Shown: positions 28,113 through 37,801 of the stretch, piece after piece | Numbering within the stretch: the first letter of the stretch is position 1 | Layout of the letters: each line of letters opens with the position of its first letter | Source: an uncultured delta proteobacterium | Lineage (GTDB): Bacteria > Myxococcota_A > Polyangia > Polyangiales > Polyangiaceae | DNA: 64,000 nucleotides | Direction: 5' to 3' | Assembly (NCBI GenBank): GCA_963827955.1 | Contig: CAWHDJ010000018.1 | Coordinates: 1,373,297-1,437,296, forward strand | Notes under the pieces: model-generated | What the model saw: only the letters and a program-made list of their open reading frames with translations | Told to the model about the DNA's origin: nothing | Databases searched by the model: none | Made by a program: the position numbers and the translations under genes

Positions 28113-28292
28113 ATGCTCCACCGTCGACTTGCAGTGGCCTTCGTGCTGGGCGTGGTGTTCTCCGCCGCCGTCGCCACATCGCTCTCCGCGTGCTTCGTCG
28201 ACCCGATCCCGCCACACCCGCACGGCGACGCTGGATGGACCGACGACTTCCTGACGGCCGATGGTGGGGACGTAGGGGAGGCCGGACAATGA
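28113..28292 (+). CDS. mini-lipoprotein, paralog B (59 aa)
   Basis: MLHRRLAVAFVLGVVFSAAVATSLSACFVDPIPPHPHGDAGWTDDFLTADGGDVGEAGQ*. Its stop overlaps the next ATG (ATGA). Confidence 0.5.
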   Translation: MLHRRLAVAFVLGVVFSAAVATSLSACFVDPIPPHPHGDAGWTDDFLTADGGDVGEAGQ

Positions 28293-28594
28293 ACCTCGTC
28301 GCGCTTGCAAAGGCCACACAGATCGCCGCGGCGGTTTCCTCCATCGCGCTCGCACGCCGTCGCGCCGAGCACGTGCCCGCCGCCATCGCCCTCGTCGTGC
28401 TCGCGGCGATCCCGCTGCTCCGAGACCCGCTGCGAGATGTTCTGCGACCAAGCGACGCGCGGGGTGAAGAGTACGTTCCTGCGGCTCTGCGAGCCGGGTC
28501 TGACGGAGGCGAGCGCGCGCGCTACGGCGCGCTCACTTCCGTCGTTTGCCGGCGTCACGGCGCGAACCGCGAAGGTGCTACGCTCGTCGGATGA
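28289..28594 (+). CDS. hypothetical small membrane protein
   Basis: MNLVALAKATQIAAAVSSIALARRRAEHVPAAIALVVLAAIPLL… has two hydrophobic stretches. ATGA overlap with the previous gene. Confidence 0.3.
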   Translation: MNLVALAKATQIAAAVSSIALARRRAEHVPAAIALVVLAAIPLLRDPLRDVLRPSDARGEEYVPAALRAGSDGGERARYGALTSVVCRRHGANREGATLVG

Positions 28595-29553
28595 GGCTTG
28601 CCTTGTCCTTCGTGCTCCTCGGCGGCGCCGCCGCGCTCGCCGTCCCTGCCTGCTCTTCCACCGGCGGATTCCCCGCCGATGCCCTGCGGTTGTGCGCGCT
28701 CACTTCGGGCTGCACCCCGGAGAATGCGGCGGGCGGCTTCGGCTTCATGTGCTCCAACATCGTCATGGCCGCGGCGTTCGCGCCACCCGCCGGGATGTCT
28801 GGGTCCGGCGGGAGCATCCCGGGCTTCCCGAGCTTCGCGTGCATGGAGCAGGCCACGACGTGCGCCGAGCTCTCGGCGTGCTCGGCGCCGACGCCGGCCG
28901 ACGACGCCCTGTGCGGCGGCAAGACGGGCAACGTGTGCGCGAACGGCGTCGCGCTCGAGGGGTGCCCGAAGCCCACTTCCGTGACCGACTGCACCGCGCT
29001 CGGGGTCGCGTGCCAGGCGAGCGCTTCGGGCGCCTCCTGTGCCCCGGTCACGTGCGATGCGTCGAACGCGCTGCACTGCGAGGGCAACACGCTCGTCGGC
29101 TGCGATCCCATGACGGGGTCGATCGTCGACCAGGACTGCACCCTCCCGACCAGCTACGTCGATTCCAACGGCGGCGTCTATCCCTACCCCCTCGTCGGCG
29201 CCTGCGTGAACGCGCAATGCACCGGCGCCGGCGCGCCCTGCACGAGCATCGATCCGGAGGACTATACATGCCAGGGGAGCGTCATCGCCGGGTGCGGCAA
29301 CGGCCACGCCGCGACGTTCGACTGTACGACGCTGAATCTCGGGCTCACCTGCTCCGACCAAGGCGAGGGCGCCTACTGCATTCGGCCGAACGCCGAGTGC
29401 GACAGGCTCGCGCAGGAGACGTGCAACGACGGCGTCATCACGTTCTGCCTCTTCGGGGTGACGACGACGGTCGACTGCAAGAGCTACGGATTCTCCGGGT
29501 GCGGCGTCCTCACGGGCGACCCGCTCCCCGCGGCGCCGTTCTGCAAGAATTGA
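28591..29553 (+). CDS. Cys-rich secreted lipoprotein (myxobacterial Cys-repeat type)
   Basis: MRLALSFVLLGGAAALAVPACSS lipobox. About 40 Cys in repeated C-x-G-N-x-L-x-G-C-like modules (CEGNTLVGCD, CQGSVIAGCGNG, CNDGVITFC). Confidence 0.75.
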   Translation: MRLALSFVLLGGAAALAVPACSSTGGFPADALRLCALTSGCTPENAAGGFGFMCSNIVMAAAFAPPAGMSGSGGSIPGFPSFACMEQATTCAELSACSAPTPADDALCGGKTGNVCANGVALEGCPKPTSVTDCTALGVACQASASGASCAPVTCDASNALHCEGNTLVGCDPMTGSIVDQDCTLPTSYVDSNGGVYPYPLVGACVNAQCTGAGAPCTSIDPEDYTCQGSVIAGCGNGHAATFDCTTLNLGLTCSDQGEGAYCIRPNAECDRLAQETCNDGVITFCLFGVTTTVDCKSYGFSGCGVLTGDPLPAAPFCKN

Positions 29554-29570
29554 TTGCGGAGCGCTCGCCG

Positions 29571-29897
29571 CTACTTCGCCTCCCCATCGCTCGAGTTGAG
29601 CACCCAGCTACCGTTCGCGTCCACGTAGACGAGGCGGTGCCCGCAGCCGTCGACGCCGATTTGCTTGGCGGCGTTCATCTTGACGTCGTGGGGGCCCATC
29701 GCGGCGAGCAACGTGAGCTTGAGCTGCTCCTTCGGGCACCGCAGCTCGAACGAGGCCCGCTGTCGCACCTCGGCCTGCGCGTTCTCCCAGCCGTCCTTGT
29801 CCAGGTTGTACCCCTCGACCTCCACCGTCCGGAAGAGACAGCCGGTCGAGAGAAGCGCGATCGAGGCCAAGAAACCGCCGAAGGGGCGCACGTACAT
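29571..29897 (-). CDS. small lipoprotein (108 aa)
   Basis: MYVRPFGGFLASIALLSTGC lipobox. Non-repetitive composition. Confidence 0.6.
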   Translation of the reverse strand: MYVRPFGGFLASIALLSTGCLFRTVEVEGYNLDKDGWENAQAEVRQRASFELRCPKEQLKLTLLAAMGPHDVKMNAAKQIGVDGCGHRLVYVDANGSWVLNSSDGEAK

Positions 29898-30030
29898 GCC
29901 GGCAACCTATCCGAGGCGGCGAGGCATCTCAACGGCAGCTCGAGCCCGGCGGGCCTGCTCGTCCAGGTGGAAACGGCATGCTCACGATGGCGACGCCGCT
30001 CGAGCAGCCAGCGGAGGACCGCCGCCGCAA

Positions 30031-30678
30031 TCAGTGGATGGTCAGAGGGAACGGCGGCGTCCAGTCGACGACGGTCGTGCCCACGGTCGCCGCGGCGCGG
30101 AACAGGTAGGACCCGGGCCCTGGGCTCGGGAGCTGGTCTCGGCGTACGGCGTGGAGGGCAGGCTGGTCCAGGTCTTGCCGTTGTCGGACGACATCTGCCA
30201 GTGAAAAGCTCACGAGCTTCCGGGTCTGGCCGAGGAACGCCTTGGCGTTGAGCACCAGGTGCACGACGTTCGCCGTGGGGTCGAGCGTCGCGACGAAGAG
30301 CTTCTTGACGTACCCGCCGACCCCGCCGACGACGAGACCGGCCTGGTTGATCAGGGCCAGGCCGCTCGCGTCGTCGACCTGGTCCACCAACCCTTGCACG
30401 TAGACGCAGAGGAGGTTCATCGCGTTCCACAGGGGCGTGATCTTGGTGTTGCGCACCGCCGCCAGGCCCTTGGCCCGGGAGGCGGAGGCCGTCTGGGCCG
30501 CCTGCGCCGCCTCGATCAAGAGGAGGAACGCGGCCATGGTGATCGGCGTGGCGTCGAACGTGGCGAGCGCCGCGAGGATGGCCGCGTACATGATGTTGGC
30601 CCGGCGGATGACGCCGGGGGAGTTGGCCCTCTTGACCCCGAGGGCGGCCCTGGGGTGCGAGTTCGCTTCGGTTCCCAT
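30031..30678 (-). CDS. hypothetical protein (215 aa)
   Basis: Strong SD AAGGAAGGA 5 nt before the ATG (MGTEANSHPRAALGVKR…). The upstream in-frame stretch consists of the 21-bp repeat array. Confidence 0.6.
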   Translation of the reverse strand: MGTEANSHPRAALGVKRANSPGVIRRANIMYAAILAALATFDATPITMAAFLLLIEAAQAAQTASASRAKGLAAVRNTKITPLWNAMNLLCVYVQGLVDQVDDASGLALINQAGLVVGGVGGYVKKLFVATLDPTANVVHLVLNAKAFLGQTRKLVSFSLADVVRQRQDLDQPALHAVRRDQLPSPGPGSYLFRAAATVGTTVVDWTPPFPLTIH

Positions 30679-30844
30679 GATGTTCCTTCCTTGCGAGGGG
30701 TCGATGCCGGCGGCCGGATGGGATGGACGAGCACGGCGAGCCGCCGCCGGCGGGCGGCCTCCGTGCCTGGCCGATTCAACAGTGGCTACGCGGAGGACGT
30801 TTGCCGGGGCGAAGCACGAAAACGGCGCGCTTTTCCTCCAAGCC

Positions 30845-31455
30845 ACGGCCGTGATGCAGGGCACGGCGTCCGGGATGCGGAGCACGGCCGCCGTGATGTA
30901 GGGCACGGCGTCCGTGATGTAGGGCACGGCGTCCGGGATGCGGGGAACGGCGTCCGGGATGCGGGGAACGGCGTCCGGGATGCGGGGAACGGCGTCCGGG
31001 ATGCGGGGCAGGGCGTCCGTGATGCGGGGAACGGCGGCCGGGATGCAGGGCAGGGCGTCCGTGATGCAGGGAAGGGCGTCCGGGATGCGGGGAACGGCGG
31101 CCGGGATGCGGGGCAGGGCGTCCGTGATGCAGGGAAGGGCGGCCGGGATGCAGGGCAGGGCGGCCGGGATGCGGGGCAGGGCGTCCGTGTTGCAGGGAAG
31201 GGCGTCCGTGATGCAGGGAAGGGCGTCCGCGATGCAGGGCAGGGCGTCCGTGATGCAGGGAAGGGCGTCCGCGATGCAGGGCAGGGCGTCCGTGATGCAG
31301 GGCAGGGCGGCCGCGATGCAGGGCAGGGTGGCCGGGATGCCGAGCAGGGCGTCCGTGTTGCAGGGAAGGGCGTCCGTGTTGCAGGGCAGGGCGGCCGGGA
31401 TGCAGGGCAGGGCGTCCGGGATGCCGAGCAGGGCGTCCGGGATGCGCCGGAAGGG
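30845..31455. repeat. tandem array of ~29 x 21-bp units (consensus ~ AGGGCGTCCG(G/T)GATGC(A/G)GGGC)
   Basis: Read directly. The units are degenerate but phase-preserving (21 = 7 codons) and open in all six frames. The minus strand would encode (I/N)(P/T/A)DALPC heptads. Confidence 0.85.
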
Positions 31456-31559
31456 GGCCCTCATGTGCGAGACAGGGGCCGTCGTGCGGACGGCGACCCA
31501 ATGTGTCCGAGCACCCTGGCCATGGACCGCGTCCCTCGGGCTCGGGCTCGGAAAGGGGA

Positions 31560-32783
31560 CTAAAGCCCGGGAAGCTTCAGCTCGCAGCCCACCCCCACCC
31601 TGGGCGTGATCTTCGCCGCCCCCAGATCGCGGGCGTTAGCCTCGATCGACACGCCCACCGTCGCCGAGCCCCCCACCATCTTCTGGGCCATGTCCCCCGC
31701 GAGCTCGCCGAGCGCGCCCAGCTCGTTCCTCGCCACCCTGCGGGCCAGATCGGCGCAGGCCACGGGGCCGCTGAGCTCGAGCCGCACCATCGTGCGGTTG
31801 TTCTCGTCGGCGATCTTGCCCGATCCCTTCATCGCGAAGCGGCCGGCGTGCACCTCGAGATCGTCGAGCACGATGTCGGCGATGCCCGCCTTGTCCTCCG
31901 CCAGGCGGATCTTCGTCCGCACGCTCGTCTTCTTGCCCGTGATCACGCCGTCGAGGACCGAGGGGTGCGGCGGCACCCAGCCGTCGACGTCGAGCGAGGC
32001 CGAGCCCGCGATCCCGCCGCGGTCGAGCCTGAGGTCCGCGCGCCCGGAGGCCCGGGCGCCGTGCGCCGGCAGGGTGAGCCCGAGCGTGCTTCCCAGGGAC
32101 GAGAGCTCGACCGAGCGCAGGGTGACGGACGCTTCGGGGGCGCGTGTCCGGGTGTGGACGGTCGCGGTCACGAGCGCGTCGCCCCCGTTCTTCTTGCCGG
32201 CCTCGATCGTCAGGCTCGAGCCGTCGAGCTGGAAGCCGGCGCCCACCGCGCCGATGGCCGAGCCGAACGCGGTGGTCGCCGTCGCCTGGAAGCGGGCGGC
32301 CTTGCCGTCGGAGGTGAAGGTGCCCCCCGACATCGAGAGCCACGGGCGCGACCCGTCGTGCCCACGCCACTCGACGTGCACGTCGCGCGCGGCGCCGGGC
32401 AGCGCGTACGTGTCCGCGTGCTCGCCCGACCACGCCAGGATCTCGAGCGCGCGATTGCTCGCGTTGCCCTCCAGCGTCACGGCCACACCCCTCGCGTCCA
32501 CCGATTCGACCGTGAGCCAGTGGGTGCGCAGGTCGACCGTGCCCGCCGCGGCGCGCACGCCGTGTACGCCGTCGAGCATGACGCGCGCGCGCGTCAGCCT
32601 CACGCCGTCGGCGGTCGTCTCGAAATCGTCGTAGTCGAGGTCGAAGCCGAGCGCCGCGGCCCGGTGCCGGAGGACCGCGTTGGTGATGGGACGGTGCGCC
32701 ACGAGGAGCCCGAGCGCCAGCGTGACCGGCGTGGCCACCGCCGCGACGAGCCAGCGGCGGCGCGGCGGCTCCGGCTCCGGCAT
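31560..32783 (-). CDS. hypothetical membrane-anchored protein (407 aa)
   Basis: MPEPEPPRRRWLVAAVATPVTLALGLLVAHRP (N-terminal TM anchor) followed by a non-repetitive Gly/Ala/Thr-rich domain. The upstream 280 codons of ORF 31560-33623 are Arg-rich junk. Confidence 0.55.
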   Translation of the reverse strand: MPEPEPPRRRWLVAAVATPVTLALGLLVAHRPITNAVLRHRAAALGFDLDYDDFETTADGVRLTRARVMLDGVHGVRAAAGTVDLRTHWLTVESVDARGVAVTLEGNASNRALEILAWSGEHADTYALPGAARDVHVEWRGHDGSRPWLSMSGGTFTSDGKAARFQATATTAFGSAIGAVGAGFQLDGSSLTIEAGKKNGGDALVTATVHTRTRAPEASVTLRSVELSSLGSTLGLTLPAHGARASGRADLRLDRGGIAGSASLDVDGWVPPHPSVLDGVITGKKTSVRTKIRLAEDKAGIADIVLDDLEVHAGRFAMKGSGKIADENNRTMVRLELSGPVACADLARRVARNELGALGELAGDMAQKMVGGSATVGVSIEANARDLGAAKITPRVGVGCELKLPGL

Positions 32784-32927
32784 GGGGAGCGTCGGGCGGA
32801 GCGGTTCCGGGGGGGATGGGGGTCTCCCCCCGTCGGGACCGCCGCCACGTTGCTGGGGTCGTCCATCGCGCGAGGAGTAGCACGCGATCGGCTTGGCGTG
32901 GCGGCCTGGATCGAGCATCCTCGCTGC

Positions 32928-33464
32928 GTGCGCCGCGCCGCCCTCGCCGCCGCCCTCGCGCTCGCCGCGTGCGGGCTCGCCGCCTGCGGCTCCGGCGCAG
33001 CCTCGGGCGGCGCGGCGTCGCACGGCGCCGGGTCGACGAGCGGGTCTGCGTCTGCCGGCGCCGGGGCCGCGAGCGGGGTGGCTTCGGCCGGCAGCGCGTC
33101 GTCTGCGTCGGCCGGCAACGCGTCGTCTGCGTCGGCCGGCGCCTCTTCGAGCAGCGGTGGTCAGGGCGGCGCCTCCGGTGCGTGCGGCACGTGCGAGGGC
33201 ACCTGCGCCGACCTCGCGAACGACCCGCGCAACTGCGGTGCCTGCGGCCAGGCCTGCGCCCCTCACACGCTCTGCGACCGCGGCGCGTGCGCGATCCCCA
33301 CGTGTCTGGTCGTCGAGCCGCAGTGCCCGACGGACCACACCTGCTGCGGGGACGCCTGCTGCCCGCCGTGGGAGATGTGCTGCAACGCACCGGATGCCGG
33401 CGCCCCGATCTGCGTCCCGGTGGAAGCGGGCGCGTGCCCGACGAGCTGCGCCGGGTGCCTTTGA
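32928..33464 (+). CDS. small Cys-rich secreted lipoprotein
   Basis: GTG start VRRAALAAALALAACGLAACGSG lipobox, Ser/Ala/Gly linker, then CGTCEGTCADLANDPRNCGACGQACAPHTLCDRGAC…CCPPWEMCC. Confidence 0.65.
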   Translation: MRRAALAAALALAACGLAACGSGAASGGAASHGAGSTSGSASAGAGAASGVASAGSASSASAGNASSASAGASSSSGGQGGASGACGTCEGTCADLANDPRNCGACGQACAPHTLCDRGACAIPTCLVVEPQCPTDHTCCGDACCPPWEMCCNAPDAGAPICVPVEAGACPTSCAGCL

Positions 33465-34058
33465 CCGGCCGCGCTGGAGCTTGACGCAGGCTCTCCGCCC
33501 GCGCTTCGCTGGTCGCCAACGAGCTCCGGAGGGAAGGCTACCTCGGTGGCAGGGGCCGCTGCCGGCGGCGCTGGCCGGCTCGGGGCCGTCCTCTCGCGCC
33601 GGCGCTGCGGTTCGCGGAGTCACGCGATTTCAGGCGGATGCTCAGGCACATCTGGCGCATCACGTGGTTCGCGTCCCAGTCAATCAGCATTCTCAACGCT
33701 AGCGGTCGTCCTTCATCCCGACCATCTCGTACCTCGGGCACCATGCTCGCCTCCGCGGGTACCCCCCAAGAAGCGTCCACACTGCCATCGCCGGTCGGCC
33801 GACGTGAGCGATGCTTCTCGACGGCCCTGTCGGGAAGCGACGGGCGCCCCATGATGAAGCGCATCGGGGCGCGCTCCTTTCGCCATGTCTCATCCGTTGG
33901 GCAGAACACCGCCGCACCGCCCGTGCTCGGCAATTCCTGCCGCGGCGCGAGGCGGAGCACTGGCCTCGCGCCCGAGGGCGCGGTTCCTTGTGCCCCATCA
34001 TGCGGACGAGACGAGGGAGCGCGGCGCGGGAGCCTCGTCCCGGCGAACGAGCCAGGCG

Positions 34059-35316
34059 GTGAGGGACACGGCCGGCAAACCCCTGCACCCCGTGGTCTGG
34101 ACGGTCCTGTACGTGCCTTACGGCGCGCTCTCCGGGTTCGTTCTGGTGGCGCTCACCTACCTCGCCACGGAGCACGGCCTCTCCATCACGGAGGGCGCTC
34201 TCTTCGGCGGTGTGGAGGCTCTTCACCCAGTGGCTCAAGTGGCTGTGGGCGCCGATCGTCGACGTCACGCTCACGCCCAAGCGGTGGTACGCGATCGCGA
34301 CCGCGCTCTCCGCGCTCGGCCTCGGGGCGCTGTCGGCCATCCCCATCGCGCCGGCCACGCTGCCCGCGATCCTCGCGATCGTCGCCGCGGCGGGCGTCGC
34401 CCGGTCGATCGTCGGCATGTCGGTCGAGGCCCTCATGGCCGCCGTCACCCCGCGCTCCGAGATCGGCCGTGTCAGCGGCTGGTTCCAGGCTGGAAACCTC
34501 GGCGGCATGGGCTTCGGCGGGGGCGTCGGGCTCCTGCTCATGAAGTGCTTCCTGAAGCGGGGGACGCCCTGGATGGCCGGCGCCGTCATGGCGCTCGCGC
34601 TCGTGGCCTGCAGCGTCGCGCTCGTCCCCCTGCCCGGCATGAAGGCGCGCGCCGGTGGGGCCGGCCCGCTCGCCGCGGTGCGCGGTGTGACGCGCGATCT
34701 CCGGGAGATGATGCGGACGCGCGCGGGGGGCCTCACCGCGCTGCTCTGCTTTCTGCCCGTGGGCACCGGGGCCGCGCAGTTCGTCCTCACGCAGGCGAAG
34801 GTCGCGGCGCGCTGGGGTGCCGGGGCGCCACACGTGGAGATGACGCAGGGCCTCGTCGCGGGCGTCGTCACGACGGCCGGCTGCTTCGGCGGCGGCTGGA
34901 TCTGCCAGCGTGTCCCCCCTCGGACGGCCTACGTGGGCATCGGGCTCGCGCTCGCGCTCGTCGCCTGCGGCATGGCGATCACGCCGGCGACGGTCACGGC
35001 CTACGTGACCTGGAGCCTGGCCTATGCCTTCCTCTGTGGGCTCGGCTACGCGGCGTTCACCGCGGTCGTGCTCGACGCGATGAGCCCCGGCTCGGCCGCC
35101 ACCAAGTACAACCTCTTCGCCTCGCTGGCGAACTTCCCCACCTGGTGGCTGGGGCTCGTGCTCGCGCGCGTCGCCGACACGCACGGCGTCCGGGCCATGC
35201 TCATCACCGAGGCCGCGTTCGGCTGCGCCGGAGTCGCCGTCTTCGTCGCAGCGACGCAGATCTTCAAGGTCCCGAAGCCGGCTCCTGCCTCGCAGCCGGT
35301 GGTGGAGATCCCGTAG
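34059..35316 (+). CDS. MFS transporter (apparent +1 frame change at ~34205)
   Basis: …VVWTVLYVPYGALSGFVLVALTYLATEHGLSITEGALFG | AVWRLFTQWLKWLWAPIVDVTLTPKRWYAIATALSALGLGAL…. 12 TM-like hydrophobic segments. GTG start. Confidence 0.65.
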
Positions 35317-35559
35317 TTTCTCGTACCGCCTTGCCGTTCCTCGCCGAACCGCGACCGCCAGGGAGCGGGTGCCAGGCCGTCGCACGCGAGGCGCTTCGAC
35401 GTGCAAGGGCCTGTGTACGGTATGGCCACATGGCACCCGCTCCCTTGCGGTCGCGGTTCGGATTGCGTTTGCTCAACCTGGATGGCCGCTGCTCCAGGCG
35501 ATCGCGACGCCGCAGGCGTCTTCGGGCGCTACGACGAGGCGCCCGCCCACGTCCTGGAC

Positions 35560-36329
35560 CGGGACGCTTCCCTTGGTGAGCGCCGCGCGGCACGCGTCGA
35601 GATCGCTCACGACGATGTTCCAGCCCGACGGCTCCGGCACGCCGCGGCGCCTCTGCGAGACCGAATCGCGCCGCCGCGGACACCGGCTCCAGCAGCAGGG
35701 CCGCGTGCGCGCCGAGGGCGACGCGAAACCCTCCTGCCACGGCGGTCACCGAAGACCCGACCAGCGCGCGTCCCCATGCGTCCGTCGCTCCGCACGGATC
35801 CGGGGTCGCGATCGTCACCGCCCGGACGGCAACGGCCGTGTTGGTATGGTCCAGCAGCTCCGGCAGCCAGACCGCCTCGCGCGTCAGGTGGCCGCAGGCG
35901 AACACGTCCGCGCCCGGAAGGGTGCCCTCCGGCAGCGCGGTGATTCTCGAAGCGAGCCTCGATGGGGACGCCGCCGGGCCGGTCGACCGGACGCGAGAGG
36001 CGAAGCATCTCCTCCGGGCGCACTCCGAGCGCGTGCCAGGCGGAGCGCGCGCTCGCTGCGGCCGGCGTCGCGAGCGCCACGCCGACGATGCCCTCGCCGC
36101 AGGCGAGCGCCTCGCGGTAACCGCGGTTCTCGTCCGTGCTCGTCGTGACGGTGAGCAGCTCCAGGTAGTCGCGCCGCCCCATGATCGTGTGGTTCGACGT
36201 GCCCAGCGGCGGGCTGTGATCGCCGCGCGGCGAGAGGGTGAAGCCGAGGCGGGCGTACGCCTCCCTCGCCCGGTCGAGGTCGAGCACGAGGATCACGACG
36301 TGGTTGATGCCGGAGAGCGGCGCCGTCAT
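35560..36329 (-). CDS. two-domain VOC (glyoxalase/bleomycin-resistance/dioxygenase) family protein (frameshift ~35910; 3' end uncertain)
   Basis: MTAPLSGINHVVILVLDLDRAREAYARLGFTLSPRGDH…TSNHTIMG… then …FACGHLTREAVWLPELLDHTNTAVAVRAVTIATPDP… in a second frame. Confidence 0.55.
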
Positions 36330-36755
36330 GCGCGGGGCTCGGGCGCGAGCGTGGAGTACGTTCCCCGACCCACCGCGACGATCCGGCGCGCGGCGTCATG
36401 GACCTCGACGTCGACCACGCCGACCGACCTGCCGGCGCGCAGGGTCCGCGCCGTCGCGACGAGGTTGGTGTCGATCGCGGGTCGCACGTAGTTGACGTGC
36501 AGATCGATGGTGGGGATGCCGCGCCCGAGCAGCGCCACGAGCGCGAGGTCGCCGGCGATGTCGACGAGCGCGGCGATCGGGCCGCCGTGCCACTGCTTCG
36601 TGCCCTCTTCCCGCTCGAACGCGCGCCGCCAGCGGAGGAGGATCTCGACCGATCCGGCCTCCTCGTCGTACCGGACGAGCCTCCATGCCCATCTGCTCGT
36701 GGAAGGGGCCGGTGCCGAGGATCTCCCGCAGGATGGTCTCGATGTCCCTGGCCAC
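36326..36755 (-). CDS. hotdog-fold thioesterase (PaaI/4HBT-like) (frameshift near N-terminus, ~36690)
   Basis: VARDIETILREILGTGPFHEQMGMEAR | LVRYDEEAGSVEILLRWRRAF…WHGGPIAALVDIAGDLALVALLGRGIPTIDLHVNYVRPA…. Confidence 0.6.
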
Positions 36756-36766
36756 CTCAGGCCTCC

Positions 36767-37771
36767 ACGATGACCTTGCCCACCACCTGCCGGTCGTCCA
36801 GGAGGCGCATGGCCCGAGCGCCGTCGGCGATGGAGAAGCGCTGCGGGTGCAGGACGGGCTCGAGCCGGCCGGCCTTCACGAGGTCGAGGAGCGCGTTCAC
36901 GTCGTCGCGCGACCAGCCGTCCGAGCCGATGACGTTGAGCTCGAACGTCCAGATGTAGCGGAGATCCTCCCTGGGATCGTAGCCCGCCGTCGCGCCGCAC
37001 GTGAGGAGGCGCCCGTCGCGGCGCAGGACCCGCAGCGACTTCGTTCCACGTGTCTCCGCCCGTGAAGTTGACCACCACGTCGATCCCGCCCTGATCCTCG
37101 CCGTAGGCCCGCGCGCGCCCGAACCGCTCGTGGCACACCTTCACCCAGTCCGTGGTCGCGTAGTTGATGCGGACGGACGCCCCGAGCGCCGCGAGGCGGT
37201 CGAGCTTCTCTTCGCTGGAAGCGCAGGCGATCACGGTCGCGCCGGCCTGCTTGGCGAGCTGCACGCAGCACGTCCCGACCCCGCCCGAGGCCCCGAGGAC
37301 GAGGACCTTCTCGCCGGGCTGGATGCGGCCGCGGGTCAGCATCATGCGGTAGGCCGTGCCGTAGGCGACCGGCAGGGCGGCCGCCGCGTCGAAGTCGATC
37401 GCCGGATCGAGCTTCACCAGCATGTGGGCCGGGACGCGGACCAGCTCCGCGAGGCCGCCGTCCATGGTCTCGCCGAGGAGGCCCCCGTCGACCCGATCGA
37501 TCGGATCGACGAGCACCCGATCGCCGGGCGAGAAGCCGCTCACGCCGGCGCCGACCTCGAGCACGTCGCCCGCGACGTCGATGCCGGTGACGAGCGGCAG
37601 CGGCACCGTGATGCCGGGCATGCCCTTCCGCGTGAAGACGTCGTGGTAGTTGAGCGAGCAGGCGCGCATGGCGAGGAGCGCGTCCCCCGCGCGCGGCGAG
37701 GGGTCGGGGTAGCTTGCCTCGAAGACGAGCTTGTCGAGGCCGCCGTGCTCATGGAGGACGAGGGCACGCAT
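36767..37771 (-). CDS. zinc-type (MDR) alcohol dehydrogenase/quinone oxidoreductase (frameshift ~37045)
   Basis: MRALVLHEHGGLDKL…VLVLGASGGVGTCCVQLAK (GxGxxG) …VVNFTGGDTWN | KSLRVLRRDGRLLTCGATAGYDP…VVGKVIVEA*. Confidence 0.7.
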
Positions 37772-37801
37772 GGGGGATCTCCTGGTGGGTGGAAGAGCGT
37801 C

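Noticed and set aside
30031-31464. Reading the 21-bp array as the N-terminal heptad-repeat domain of the 30031 gene (single 477-aa ORF)
   Set aside because: A strong SD plus ATG at 30678 downstream of the array. Arrays of this GC content are stop-free in every frame, so ORF continuity is uninformative. Not fully excluded.
35369-36148. Plus-strand ORFs over 35369-36491
   Set aside because: Antisense of the VOC gene. Arg/Pro-rich.
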